Position numbers and translations under genes: made by a program. Below, one piece after another: positions 10,083 to 19,523 of a DNA stretch of 64,000 nucleotides. This DNA is from Tepidisphaera sp. (GTDB lineage: Bacteria > Planctomycetota > Phycisphaerae > Phycisphaerales > UBA1924). How positions within the stretch are numbered: position 1 is the first letter of the stretch; each line of letters opens with the position of its first letter. The stretch covers positions 1,632,001 through 1,696,000 of the forward strand of contig CP051526.1 of the NCBI GenBank assembly GCA_050916045.1, written 5' to 3'. The notes beneath the pieces were generated by a model. That model made no database searches, had not been told where the DNA came from, and saw only the letters and a program-made list of their open reading frames with translations.

Positions 10083-10370
10083 TCACCACTCGATGCGGAT
10101 GAGCACGATGACGAGGGCGACCACCGCGAAGAGCGGGAAAATGCCCGTCGCGGCGGCGTGCCAGTGCTTGTCGCGGTTCATCAGCCAGATCGCGCCGACC
10201 AATGAAGCGACCTGGACCAAGCCGATGCCCAGAGCCATCCACTTGGCTTGCTGGATGTTCGCGGGCTTGGCGTTGGCGAGGCTCGCGGCGAGGAGCACGA
10301 GCACGGTCAGCGAGCTGAGCACGCCGATAGCGGAAGCGACGATGGCGACGAAGATCTGGAGGATGACCAC
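10083..10370 (-). CDS. Small hypothetical membrane protein (3 TM)
   Basis: 95 aa, almost entirely hydrophobic. Confidence 0.7.
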   Translation of the reverse strand: MVILQIFVAIVASAIGVLSSLTVLVLLAASLANAKPANIQQAKWMALGIGLVQVASLVGAIWLMNRDKHWHAAATGIFPLFAVVALVIVLIRIEW

Positions 10371-10510
10371 GGCGGTCAGTGCGTGTGAGGGGGGCGGCGG
10401 AGCTTGCGAATCTGGCGGGGACTGGTGGCTTTGGGAGGGCGGGGGCGGAATTACGGGTTCCAGAACCCGAATCAGCTTTGTCAGACCACAGTTCCCGAGC
10501 GAGGTACCGC

Positions 10511-11191
10511 ATGAGCCCGACTACCGCCGATTCTGTCCCGACTCAACTCGAACGCACGGGTAGGTCTTTCGCCGGCGGCCTGCTTTGGTTCGGTGTGGCG
10601 GTTCCGATCGTTTACTACGGCTTGCAGGTGGTCGGAGCGATGCGGGTGGAGGGGTACAGCTGGGTGCGGAACACCGCGAGCGACCTAGGGTCGACTGATC
10701 TGCCGCATCACCGGTGGTTTAACGCGGGTGTCATGATGCTTGGCGGCGTGTTTGCTCTGGCGGCGGTGGGGTACTGGTCCGCGTTGCGTGCGATGGGGGC
10801 GCGGTGGTGGGTTGCGGCGCTGGTTGCGGCGGGGCTGCTTGGGATGGGTGTGCAGACGGCGTGGGCTGGGTGGTATCCGGTGCCGCATCCCAAGCACGGC
10901 GGGCATCCGGCGTTCGTGATCGCGATGCTCGCCACGCCGGTGCTGATCTCGGTGGCGATGTGGAAGTGGACGGGCTGGGCTTTCCGCGCGTACCTCGTGA
11001 TGAACCTGCTTGGGCTTCTTGCGATGGTGCCGATCATGTCGGGAATGATTGCGGTCGATCGGGGCGCGTACGCGGGGCTGTTGCAGCGTCTCTTGACGGC
11101 GACGATTTTCATTCCCATCGCGGTGGCGGCTGCACGATTGATGATCGAGCTGCGCCGGGCGGCGAAACGCGACGGGGCCGTTGAGATGTGA
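10511..11191 (+). CDS. DUF998-like membrane protein
   Basis: GYSWVRNTASDLG motif, about 6 TM, GLLQRL near the C-terminus; GAGG SD before ATG 10511. Confidence 0.8.
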   Translation: MSPTTADSVPTQLERTGRSFAGGLLWFGVAVPIVYYGLQVVGAMRVEGYSWVRNTASDLGSTDLPHHRWFNAGVMMLGGVFALAAVGYWSALRAMGARWWVAALVAAGLLGMGVQTAWAGWYPVPHPKHGGHPAFVIAMLATPVLISVAMWKWTGWAFRAYLVMNLLGLLAMVPIMSGMIAVDRGAYAGLLQRLLTATIFIPIAVAAARLMIELRRAAKRDGAVEM

Positions 11192-11270
11192 ACGCGCGGC
11201 GTCCCTGCCGCTTTCGCGATGGACTCGCCGCGTCAGGATGTGGATGAGTGCGTCGGGCTGAGGAGCCGGC

Positions 11271-11768
11271 TTAGCGCTTGAGATCAAAGCCGACGACGCT
11301 CTTGGCGCCCTTGTCGTCCTCGATCTCGATCCAGAGCTTGCTGCCATCGGGGAGGGGATTGGGGATCTCGGCGTGGGTGTGCCAGCGGTTTGGATCCTTC
11401 GGGTCTTCGATCTCGGCTTTGGCTTTCACCGAGCCCTTGGCGTCCTCGGTGCCGATCCAGAAGCGGACGGCGGCCACCTTGGCGGTGCCGGTCGCGGTAA
11501 CGGTGGCATCGATGGGAGCGTCCTTGCCGGCGACGATCTGGCCTTCGTCGCGGCTGGCTTTGAGCGTGAAGGAGCCGGCGGTCTGCTCGCCCAGGGCGAT
11601 CGCAGCGCCGCCATGGCCGTGATCGTGATCATGGTCATGGTCGTGGCCATGGTCGTCAGCCTTCTTGGTGGTGCTGGCGGGCTTCTTCTGTTCGCAGCCG
11701 GCGAGAGGCATGGCGGCGAGCGGAAGAGCGACGATCAGGAGAGCGGCGAGGGGTGTGAAACGCTTCAT
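11271..11768 (-). CDS. His-rich periplasmic lipoprotein, putative metal chaperone
   Basis: Lipobox LAGC; DDHGHDHDHDHDHGH; WHTHAE; last gene of the heavy-metal RND operon. Confidence 0.8.
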   Translation of the reverse strand: MKRFTPLAALLIVALPLAAMPLAGCEQKKPASTTKKADDHGHDHDHDHDHGHGGAAIALGEQTAGSFTLKASRDEGQIVAGKDAPIDATVTATGTAKVAAVRFWIGTEDAKGSVKAKAEIEDPKDPNRWHTHAEIPNPLPDGSKLWIEIEDDKGAKSVVGFDLKR

Positions 11769-14700
11769 CGAAGGTCCTTTCTGAATCGTGAGAGCACGAT
11801 GAACTGGGAAGTGAGACGCCTATCAAGAGGAGCGGTTGCCGAATTTTCGGGCGACACGCCGGAACCAGGAGTTTGGCGGGGGGGGTCGGTCGGTTCCCGT
11901 GGGGTGCGATGGACAAGCGAGAATCCGGCGGGAACGACGAACAGGTTGAGGAACGTGGAGGTCAGGAGCCCGCCGAGCACGACGACGGCGAGCGGGGCGA
12001 GGAGCTCGCTGCCGGGCTCACCGACCGCGAGGGCGAGCGGGAGCAGGCCCAGAGCGGCGGAGAGGGCGGTCATGAGGATCGGGACGAGCCGCTCGAGCGA
12101 GCCTTGGATGATGGCTTCGTGCATGGGCTTCTTGTCGACCTCCATCAGGTGCTTGTAGTGATTGACGAGGAGGATGCCGTTGCGGACGGCGATGCCGAAG
12201 AGCGTCACGAACCCGACGAGACTTGCGATGGAAAGCACGGGGGCGAGGTACGGGGATGAGCCCAGGCCGAAGAGGGCGAGCGTGTTCCGCCAGAGGCCCG
12301 CGTGAAGAAGTGAGTCGGTGATGAAGATCGCCGTGATGCCGCCGATTGTGGCGAGCGGGAGGTTGACCATGACGAGAGCGGCGATGCGGAGCGACCCGGT
12401 TGAGATCTGGAGCAGAAGCAGCATGATCACGGCGATCCCCGCGCCGGCGAAGAGCAGCGTACGGCTCGCGGACTGCTGTGCTTCGAACTGGCCGCCGAAC
12501 TCGACGACGTAGCCTTCGCGCTGGACGATGGGTTCGACCCGGCGTTTGACTTCGGCGACGAGATCGCCGAGGTTGTAGCCGTCGGCGACGTTGCAGGAGA
12601 TGACGGCTTTGCGCTGGGCGTTCTCGCGGGCGATGATGTTGGGGGTCTTCTCGGGCCCGATGTCTGCGACGTCGCGCAGGCGGACGGTGGGGCCGGGCTT
12701 GCCGTCCTCGGCGCGGCCACGCAGGATGAGGTCCTCGACCTGCTGCAGGCGTTCGCGTTCGGAGGCGTCGAGCCGGACGACCATGGCGTACCTGCGGATG
12801 CCCTGGTTCACCTCGGCGACCTCTTCGCCGTAGAGAGCCATCTGGACCTGCTCGGCGGCTTCGGCCGGGGTCAGCCCGGCGGCGGCGAGGGCGTCGTGTC
12901 GATAGCGGAGTGGCAGGCTGGTGATGAGCACTTCGCGGTTGGCGGTGACGTCGCGGGCGCCGGGCAAGCTCTTGAGCTCGGATTCGATCCGCTTGGCGAG
13001 CGAGCGGAGGACGGCGAGGTCTTCGCCGTAGACGTTGATCGCGATGGCGGCGGGGGTGCCGGAGAGAATGTGCGACAGGCGGTGCTCGATCGGCTGGCCG
13101 ATCTGGACGGTGACGCCCGGGACGGCGGTGGCGATGGCGGCGATCTGCTTGCGGATCGCGGATTTGTCGCCGCCGGGAGCCACGAGGATGTCGAGCTCGC
13201 TGTTGGAGACGGGTTCGGCGTGTTCATCGCGTTCGGCGCGGCCGGTACGGCGGGTGACGCTTTGCACGCCGGGGATCTTGATCAGCCTTTCCTCGATGCC
13301 GATGGCGGCGCGGTTGCTTTCGCTCAGCGATGTGCCGGGGGGAGAAGAGACGAAGACGGTGAAGGACCCTTCGTTGAACTCGGGGAGGAAGGAGGTTCCG
13401 AAGGTGCGCGCGAGCAGGAGCGAGAGGAGGGTTGAGACGAGTGCGAAAGCCGCAACAAGGCCGCGACGGCGGATCGACCAGCGGAGGGCTGGCTCGTAGC
13501 GCCGCTTGAGCCAGCGGACGAGGAAGCCGTCGGGGTCGGCGTGCTGCGAGGCGTCCTTGCGGACCGAGGGCTTAAGCATGAGCTTGCACATCGCGGGGGT
13601 CACGGTGAGCGCGACGACGAGTGAAGCCATGATCGAGACGATGTAGGTCATCGCGAGGGGCTTGAAGAACCGGCCCTCAAGACCCTCGAGGAACATCAGT
13701 GGCAGGAAGACGATGCAGATCAGGATCGTCGCGTACACCACGGAGGAGCGGATCTCGTTACTGGCGTCGAAGATGACCTGGACAAAGCCGCGACGCTCGG
13801 CTTCGGGCAGGAGTGCGTTCTCTTCCAGCCTGCGGTGGACGTTCTCCACGTCGATGATCGCGTCGTCGACGAGTTCGCCGATCGCGACCGCGAGGCCGCC
13901 GAGCGTCATGACGTTGAGACTGAGGCCGAAGGTGTCCAAAGCCAGCAGGGCCGCAGCGAGCGAGAGGGGGAGAGCCGTCAGCGTGATGATCGTGGTGCGG
14001 ACGTTGAGCAGGAAGAGAATCAGGATGACCGCGACGATGATGGTCGCGTCGCGGAGGACGACAAGGACGTTCCGGACGGATCGTTCGATGAAGTGGCTTT
14101 GGCGGGAGACCTGCTTATTGATCACGATGCCCTGGGGAACGCTTTTCTCGAGCTGATCGAGGGCGGCATCGACCTGCTTGGTGAGGAGCAGGGTGTTTGT
14201 GCCGGGGGCTTTTTGAACGGAGAGGACGACGGCGGGCACACCCTGATTGGCGGCGGTGCCGCGTTTGGGGGCGCCGCCGAGGGTGACGTCCGCGACCTCG
14301 CCGATGGTGATCGGGAGGCCGTTCTTCATGGTGACCATCGTGGAAGCGATGTCGCGGACGCTCTTGACGCGGGCGGCCTGCCGCATGGGAAGCTCGGAGC
14401 GGTCGACATCGGCGAGGTATCCGGCGCTCGCGGTGCTGTGGGCTTTGCGAGCGGCGTCGACGACCTCGGCGATCGTGAGTCCGTAGAGCGCCAGGCGGTC
14501 CTGCTTGACGTTGATCTGGTACTCGGGCAGTTCACCGCCGATGGCGGAGACCTGCGACACGCCGGGGATGGCCAGAAGCCTGTTGCGCAGGTCGAACTCG
14601 GCGTACGCGCGGAGGTCCAGGTCGCTTACGGTTTTGTCGGGCGAAGAGACCGCGAGCAGCATGATCTCGCCGGTGATGCTCGAGATGGGCGTCATCGCGG

Positions 14701-15079
14701 GCTCGACTCCCGGGGGCAAGCTGTCGCGGATGCCGTCCATCCGCTCACCGACGAGCTGGCGGGCCCGGTAGATGTCAGTGCCCCAGTCAAACTCGACCCA
14801 GACGAGCGAGAGGGAGATGGCCGAGGCGCTGCGAACGCGGCGGACGCCGGGCAGGCCGTTGACGGCGGATTCGAGGGGGAAGGTGACGTACTGCTCGACC
14901 TCGTCGGCGGCGAGCCCGCCGGCTTCGGTCAGGATCACGACCGTCGGGGCGTTGAGTTCGGGAAAGACGTCGACCGACATCCGCGGCAGCCGGGCGATCG
15001 TGTACACGAGCAGCGCCGTGGCGAGCAGGAGCACCAGCGAAGAGTGCTTGAGTGAGAAGGAGATCAGGTGTTTGAGCAT
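11765..15079 (-). CDS. czcA: Heavy-metal efflux RND permease (CusA/CzcA/NccA family)
   Basis: 1104 aa; SVDVFPELNAPTV, AIGELVDDAIIDVEN, RRTGRAERDEHAEPV, ERLVPILMTAL. Confidence 0.9.
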   Translation of the reverse strand: MLKHLISFSLKHSSLVLLLATALLVYTIARLPRMSVDVFPELNAPTVVILTEAGGLAADEVEQYVTFPLESAVNGLPGVRRVRSASAISLSLVWVEFDWGTDIYRARQLVGERMDGIRDSLPPGVEPAMTPISSITGEIMLLAVSSPDKTVSDLDLRAYAEFDLRNRLLAIPGVSQVSAIGGELPEYQINVKQDRLALYGLTIAEVVDAARKAHSTASAGYLADVDRSELPMRQAARVKSVRDIASTMVTMKNGLPITIGEVADVTLGGAPKRGTAANQGVPAVVLSVQKAPGTNTLLLTKQVDAALDQLEKSVPQGIVINKQVSRQSHFIERSVRNVLVVLRDATIIVAVILILFLLNVRTTIITLTALPLSLAAALLALDTFGLSLNVMTLGGLAVAIGELVDDAIIDVENVHRRLEENALLPEAERRGFVQVIFDASNEIRSSVVYATILICIVFLPLMFLEGLEGRFFKPLAMTYIVSIMASLVVALTVTPAMCKLMLKPSVRKDASQHADPDGFLVRWLKRRYEPALRWSIRRRGLVAAFALVSTLLSLLLARTFGTSFLPEFNEGSFTVFVSSPPGTSLSESNRAAIGIEERLIKIPGVQSVTRRTGRAERDEHAEPVSNSELDILVAPGGDKSAIRKQIAAIATAVPGVTVQIGQPIEHRLSHILSGTPAAIAINVYGEDLAVLRSLAKRIESELKSLPGARDVTANREVLITSLPLRYRHDALAAAGLTPAEAAEQVQMALYGEEVAEVNQGIRRYAMVVRLDASERERLQQVEDLILRGRAEDGKPGPTVRLRDVADIGPEKTPNIIARENAQRKAVISCNVADGYNLGDLVAEVKRRVEPIVQREGYVVEFGGQFEAQQSASRTLLFAGAGIAVIMLLLLQISTGSLRIAALVMVNLPLATIGGITAIFITDSLLHAGLWRNTLALFGLGSSPYLAPVLSIASLVGFVTLFGIAVRNGILLVNHYKHLMEVDKKPMHEAIIQGSLERLVPILMTALSAALGLLPLALAVGEPGSELLAPLAVVVLGGLLTSTFLNLFVVPAGFSLVHRTPREPTDPPRQTPGSGVSPENSATAPLDRRLTSQFIVLSRFRKDLR

Positions 15080-15100
15080 GGGAGCCTCGATCAGAGCGGA

Positions 15101-16513
15101 TCAGTGATCGCCCTCGTGGAAGGTGCCGTCGGGGTGGAAGTGGCCGCCTTTGGTGATGCTGCCGCTGGTGGCGACCATGAGCTGGTAGACGCCGTCGAGG
15201 ACGACCTCGTTGCCCTCGGCCACGCCGCTCTTGATGATGACCCATCGACCGTCGTCCAGGCCGAGGTCGGCTTCCATCCGGATGGCTTTGTCCGGGTTGG
15301 CGGGGTCGCGGCGGAAGATGATCGAACTGGTGCCGTCGCGGACGACGCTTCGGAGCGGGATGGCGAGTTCACCGCTGCCTGAGCCGTCGGTCACGATCTC
15401 GAGGAACGCCGCGACTCCCGCTTTCGCCCACACGGGTGCCGTCGTGCCGGGTGTCGGCAGAAGGATGAGGTCGACGGTCCGGCGTTCGGCGTCGGCCGTG
15501 GGTGCCAGGGTGAGTGTGCCGCCGAAGGGCTCGAAGCTCGCGGTCGCCTGGGCCGGAATGACCGTCGCGGGGCGGCCTGTGGTGAGGCGGGAAAGGTCGC
15601 TTTGCAAGCCCACCGCGCGGAAGCGGACCTGATCGGGCTGGATCACGGTGACGACGGGCGCGTGCTCGTCGAGGAGATTGCCTGAGATGGCGTGCAAGGT
15701 CTCGACGACGCCGGCGGAGCTGGCTTTCACTTCGAGCGAGGACATCTTCCGCCAGCGTGGCGCGCCGGTCGGGTCGGTTGTCGCTCTGAGATCATCAGCG
15801 CCGACGCCGGCAAGAGTCGCGGCGGCTTCGAAGAGAAAGGCAAGACGCGAGCGTGAAGCGTCGAGCTGGGCCGCGGTCTCGGACTTGCGTGCGATCAGCT
15901 CGGCTTCCTTCTCGAGCGTCTCGGCGAGATCGGCCCGCGCGGAAGCGAGGGAAGCCCGGGCCTGAGCGATCTCGTCCCCGCGGGCACCGCCGGCGGCGGA
16001 GAGCTTGTCGAGCGTCTCGATGCGGGCGTTCCAAAGGTCGATGGATTTCTGGATCTCGCCGTGGTGGGTCTCGTGTGCGGCGAGGAGGGGGTCGATGCTG
16101 TCGACGCCGGCTTGCGCGAGCGTGACGGCCGCTTCCGCGTCGGCGATCTCTCGCTGCATCTCGCGCCATCGCGAGGAATCCAGTCGGTAGAGCGGAGTTC
16201 CGGGGGTGACGGTCTGGTACTGCTGCACAAGGAGCTCGATCGTGCCGCCGGCCGGGGCGCGATACTCGCGGAGTGCGGTGGGCTGGAGTTCGAACCTGCC
16301 CGGGACGCGGAGCGTGCGAGCGACGTTTCGGGTCTCGACCTTCGCGAAGGTGATGCCGAGATTCTGCCGCACGGTCGAGGGGATGTCGATGCGGTTGGTG
16401 GGCTGCGACGAAGCGGACTCCATCGTCGTCGGACCGGCCGCGGGCTCGCGGTCGCATCCGACGGACGCCAGCGTGAATGAGCAGAGCAGGGCGAGCAAGA
16501 GCGGTCGGCTCAT
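15101..16513 (-). CDS. Heavy-metal efflux RND periplasmic adaptor (CzcB-like)
   Basis: Lipobox SVGC, long coiled hairpin, GLDDGRWVIIKSGVAEGNEVVLDG, His-rich tail GHFHPDGTFHEGDH. Confidence 0.88.
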   Translation of the reverse strand: MSRPLLLALLCSFTLASVGCDREPAAGPTTMESASSQPTNRIDIPSTVRQNLGITFAKVETRNVARTLRVPGRFELQPTALREYRAPAGGTIELLVQQYQTVTPGTPLYRLDSSRWREMQREIADAEAAVTLAQAGVDSIDPLLAAHETHHGEIQKSIDLWNARIETLDKLSAAGGARGDEIAQARASLASARADLAETLEKEAELIARKSETAAQLDASRSRLAFLFEAAATLAGVGADDLRATTDPTGAPRWRKMSSLEVKASSAGVVETLHAISGNLLDEHAPVVTVIQPDQVRFRAVGLQSDLSRLTTGRPATVIPAQATASFEPFGGTLTLAPTADAERRTVDLILLPTPGTTAPVWAKAGVAAFLEIVTDGSGSGELAIPLRSVVRDGTSSIIFRRDPANPDKAIRMEADLGLDDGRWVIIKSGVAEGNEVVLDGVYQLMVATSGSITKGGHFHPDGTFHEGDH

Positions 16514-18045
16514 GGGCGATCTCCTTGAGTCTTGTGTGTCGCGGCGGGCAGGGTGGGGGCGGTGGGGGAGTGAGGCTGGGGTGGGCCGGCGAGTTCGTCG
16601 AGGCGGATGGCGGCGAGCGATTCGGCCGCGTGGGCTTCGACGAGCTTCAGCTTGGCTTCCTGCTCGGACTTGAGGGCTTGGAGCAGAAGCAGAGCGTCCA
16701 CCCGGCCGAGCTCTGCGATGCGTTTGACGTCGGCGATCTGTTCGTCGGCAAGCGGAACGAGCATCGTCTCGATCGACACCCGCGCGGATCTCGCGGTGTC
16801 GCGCAGGATCGCCGCCGCGGCGTACCTTGAGCCGAGCGACTCGAGCGTGCTCGCGAACCGGCCCGCGGCTACCTCGCGGTGAGCTTCCGCGGTCGCGATG
16901 CCTTCCCGATTTCGATTCCAGATCGCGAGGGGAAGCTGGAGCCCCATGAGGATCCGGTCGTCTCCCTGATCAACGCCGTAGCCCGGCGCGATGTGAAGAT
17001 CGGGGTACTGCTTGCGGACCTCGAGCCTGAGGGCGGCTTCGGCGACCTCGTACTCGGCACGCACAACGGCGAGTTCGAGATTGCCGCGATCAACTGTGCC
17101 CGGGTCGAGCGCGGATGGCCGCGCCGTAAAGCTCAGTGTTTCGACGAGCGTAATCTCTGCGACGGGCGAGAGCCCGAGCAAGTCGCGGATCTGGAGCGCG
17201 AGCTCCTTGAGACGGCCCCGGCTTTGGACCAGCGACGCTTCGCTGGCCGCGAGTTCCACGCGGAAGACGCGAGCTTCGACTCGGGTCATCATTCCGGCGC
17301 TGGCTTGCTGCGTGGTGAGGTCGACGATCGCTCGCAGCTTGTCCACGAACTCGGACTCGATTTGCAGCCTTCGGGAGTGCGCGGAGTAGCGGATCCAGAG
17401 TTCGCGGAGGGCGGCGCGGGTGGCCCATTCGAGCGCGGCGATGCGGTGGAGTTCGGCGGTGTAGTCGGCTTTGGTGCGGTCCATCTCAGCGGAGAGGCGG
17501 CCGGAGATGGGGAGAGTGAGGCCGATGGATCCGGAGAGGACCCAGGGGTCGGAAACGCCGGAGAGGATGCGCTCGATGTCGAATCCGGCGACGGGGTCTT
17601 GCCATGCGCCCGCGAGGTCTGCACGGACGCGGGTGACCTCGGCTTCAAGCCTAGCAAGGTGAAGGTCGCGGTTGAAGACGAGAGCGACGGGCTCGGCTTC
17701 GGCGAGTGTCAGGCCGTCGGCGGGGTCGAAGACAGCGTCGACGCGGCCCTCGGCGGCGGCAAGGCGTCCGGCGAACTCCCTCACGGGCTGATCGCCGGCT
17801 GAGCGGCCAAGCCACGCCGTCTGGGTGGCTTGCGGATCGAGCGGCTTGCGCTCGTACGAGTGGCAGCCGACGCCGAGCAAGACAAAGCTCGCGAGGCTGA
17901 GCATGGAAGTGGTGCGGAGAAGCCAGCTCGGGCGCGGCGCCCGGGTGCAACCGCGCCGAAGCGGGTCGTTGAGCAATGCTTGATTCACGGATGGTCTCGG
18001 GGTGATGCGAGCGATCGAGCGTGGGCGGCCGTGGGCCAAGCCCAT
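16510..18045 (-). CDS. TolC-family outer membrane protein (CzcC-like); true start may be near 17904
   Basis: Lipobox GVGC, GLTLPIS and LQLPLAIWNRNREGI OEP motifs. Confidence 0.88.
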   Translation of the reverse strand: MGLAHGRPRSIARITPRPSVNQALLNDPLRRGCTRAPRPSWLLRTTSMLSLASFVLLGVGCHSYERKPLDPQATQTAWLGRSAGDQPVREFAGRLAAAEGRVDAVFDPADGLTLAEAEPVALVFNRDLHLARLEAEVTRVRADLAGAWQDPVAGFDIERILSGVSDPWVLSGSIGLTLPISGRLSAEMDRTKADYTAELHRIAALEWATRAALRELWIRYSAHSRRLQIESEFVDKLRAIVDLTTQQASAGMMTRVEARVFRVELAASEASLVQSRGRLKELALQIRDLLGLSPVAEITLVETLSFTARPSALDPGTVDRGNLELAVVRAEYEVAEAALRLEVRKQYPDLHIAPGYGVDQGDDRILMGLQLPLAIWNRNREGIATAEAHREVAAGRFASTLESLGSRYAAAAILRDTARSARVSIETMLVPLADEQIADVKRIAELGRVDALLLLQALKSEQEAKLKLVEAHAAESLAAIRLDELAGPPQPHSPTAPTLPAATHKTQGDRP

Positions 18046-18131
18046 TTAGAAACCGACACGGATCGCGAGAACGACGCGGAGCGACGTTCCGAGCGATGCG
18101 GAATGCGGAGGTGTCAGGTTGGCTCGAGGGT

Positions 18132-18707
18132 CTAGATCAGCAGCGCGTGGCTGGTCCGGACGAGTCGCTGGCTTGTGCCCAGCGCGATGAAGTCCATCGG
18201 CGTGCTCTTCACGGTCGCTTCGGGCGGGTCGAGGAACGCCGCGTGGAACGAAGTGGTCGGGAGAATCGCGATGGCGACCGTGACGGTGAGCTGATGAAGC
18301 GTCTTGCTCACATCGACCGCGCGGGCCGGGAGCTGCTTGGGCTGAGCGAAGGAGACAAGGATGCCTTCGGGTGCGTGGTCGCAGTTGGAAGCGTCGTCGT
18401 CCTCGTGGGATGAGTCAAAGGGGGCGTCGCTGCTTGCGGGGTCGTGCTTGTGGTCGTGCGAGTGATCGTGATCGTGGCGGTGTTCTTCGCAGTGCTCACC
18501 CGCGATGAGCTTGAAGGCGCTGACCGGGCTGATGGCGTGAAAGTGCGTGGTCTGGTCGCCGTGAGCGTGGGCGACGAAGAGGCCGCCGCGAAGGAAGCCG
18601 AACACCAGCAGCGGGACAAGGACCGTGGCGATGACGACAGGCGTCCAGGACATCCGCGCCAAGCGGATCAGGGCCGAGGGCCGTTCTGTTCGAACGCTGT
18701 TTGCCAC
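18132..18707 (-). CDS. His-rich exported protein leading the metal efflux operon
   Basis: Hydrophobic N-terminus, HAHG..HFH, HCEEHRHDHDHSHDHKHD, C-terminus SHALLI. Confidence 0.7.
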   Translation of the reverse strand: MANSVRTERPSALIRLARMSWTPVVIATVLVPLLVFGFLRGGLFVAHAHGDQTTHFHAISPVSAFKLIAGEHCEEHRHDHDHSHDHKHDPASSDAPFDSSHEDDDASNCDHAPEGILVSFAQPKQLPARAVDVSKTLHQLTVTVAIAILPTTSFHAAFLDPPEATVKSTPMDFIALGTSQRLVRTSHALLI

Positions 18708-18713
18708 GAATGC

Positions 18714-18742
18714 AGCGTATCGGCCGGATCGCGGGGTGTCAA
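18714..18742 (-). promoter_or_regulatory. sigma70 promoter TTGACA-N17-TACGCT of the metal efflux operon
   Basis: Consensus -35, 17-nt spacer, -10 box ends 6 nt before the GTG at 18707 (leaderless arrangement). Confidence 0.75.
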
Positions 18743-18824
18743 TGAATCAAGCCCCCCGGGTCGGGGGTGATCCGACGCGCGTGTTCTCGGGCGGGCTCTC
18801 GGCGCGGCGGCGGTCCGGGCCGAG

Positions 18825-19469
18825 TTACACCAGTAGGTGAAGCGGGACGTCGGCGAGGGTCGGGAAGACGACGTCCGCACCTGCATCGGTCAGTTCGTGG
18901 GCTTTGTGGGTGGTGGCGACGCCGATGCCGAGCATGCCGGCGGCTTTGGCGGCTTGGATGCCGGCTGGTGCGTCTTCGATGACGGCGCAGCGAGCTGGTT
19001 CAAGGGCGAGGAGGGAAGCGGCCTGAAGGAAGACGTCCGGGGCGGGCTTGCCGCGCTTGACCTGCGAGCCGTCGACGACGGCCTGGAACGATCCGCGGAT
19101 GCCGCCGGAGTCGAGCACGAGAGCGACGTTCTCGGGGGGCGCGGAGGAGCCGACGGCGAGGCGGGCGTTCCGCCGGGCGAGGTTGTCGAGGAGCGGGAGG
19201 AGGCCGGGCGCGAGAGGGACATCTGTCCGGATGATCTCGCGGAAGGCGTGCTCCTTCTCGTCGGCGATGCGCAGGGATTCGGCGTGGTCGACGTGCTCGC
19301 CGAACATGATGCGGATGCAGTCGGCGTTGACGCGGCCGAAGCAGGAGAGGAAGGTCTTGTACTCGAGCTTGGTGCCCAGGCGTTGGGCGGCGCTCTGCCA
19401 GGCGAGCCAGTGGGCTTGCTCGGTGAGCACGATGACGCCGTCCATGTCGAAGATCACTCCCTTGCTCAT
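18825..19469 (-). CDS. HAD-family phosphatase (beta-PGM/CbbY-like)
   Basis: IFDMDGVIV motif I, GSSA, GKPAPDVF, VIEDAPAGIQAAKAAGM. Confidence 0.9.
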   Translation of the reverse strand: MSKGVIFDMDGVIVLTEQAHWLAWQSAAQRLGTKLEYKTFLSCFGRVNADCIRIMFGEHVDHAESLRIADEKEHAFREIIRTDVPLAPGLLPLLDNLARRNARLAVGSSAPPENVALVLDSGGIRGSFQAVVDGSQVKRGKPAPDVFLQAASLLALEPARCAVIEDAPAGIQAAKAAGMLGIGVATTHKAHELTDAGADVVFPTLADVPLHLLV

Positions 19470-19523
19470 GTGAAGCTGCTCCAGAATCTCCCTTGGCGGA
19501 GGTGCGAACGGTAGCAATCCAAA

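Noticed and set aside
6010..10370. Integron cassette array
   Set aside because: No attC-like palindromes between genes, several genes overlap, and no integrase is present
18046..18131. NiCo riboswitch upstream of the metal efflux genes
   Set aside because: Pairing potential exists but the conserved four-way-junction sequence motifs could not be identified
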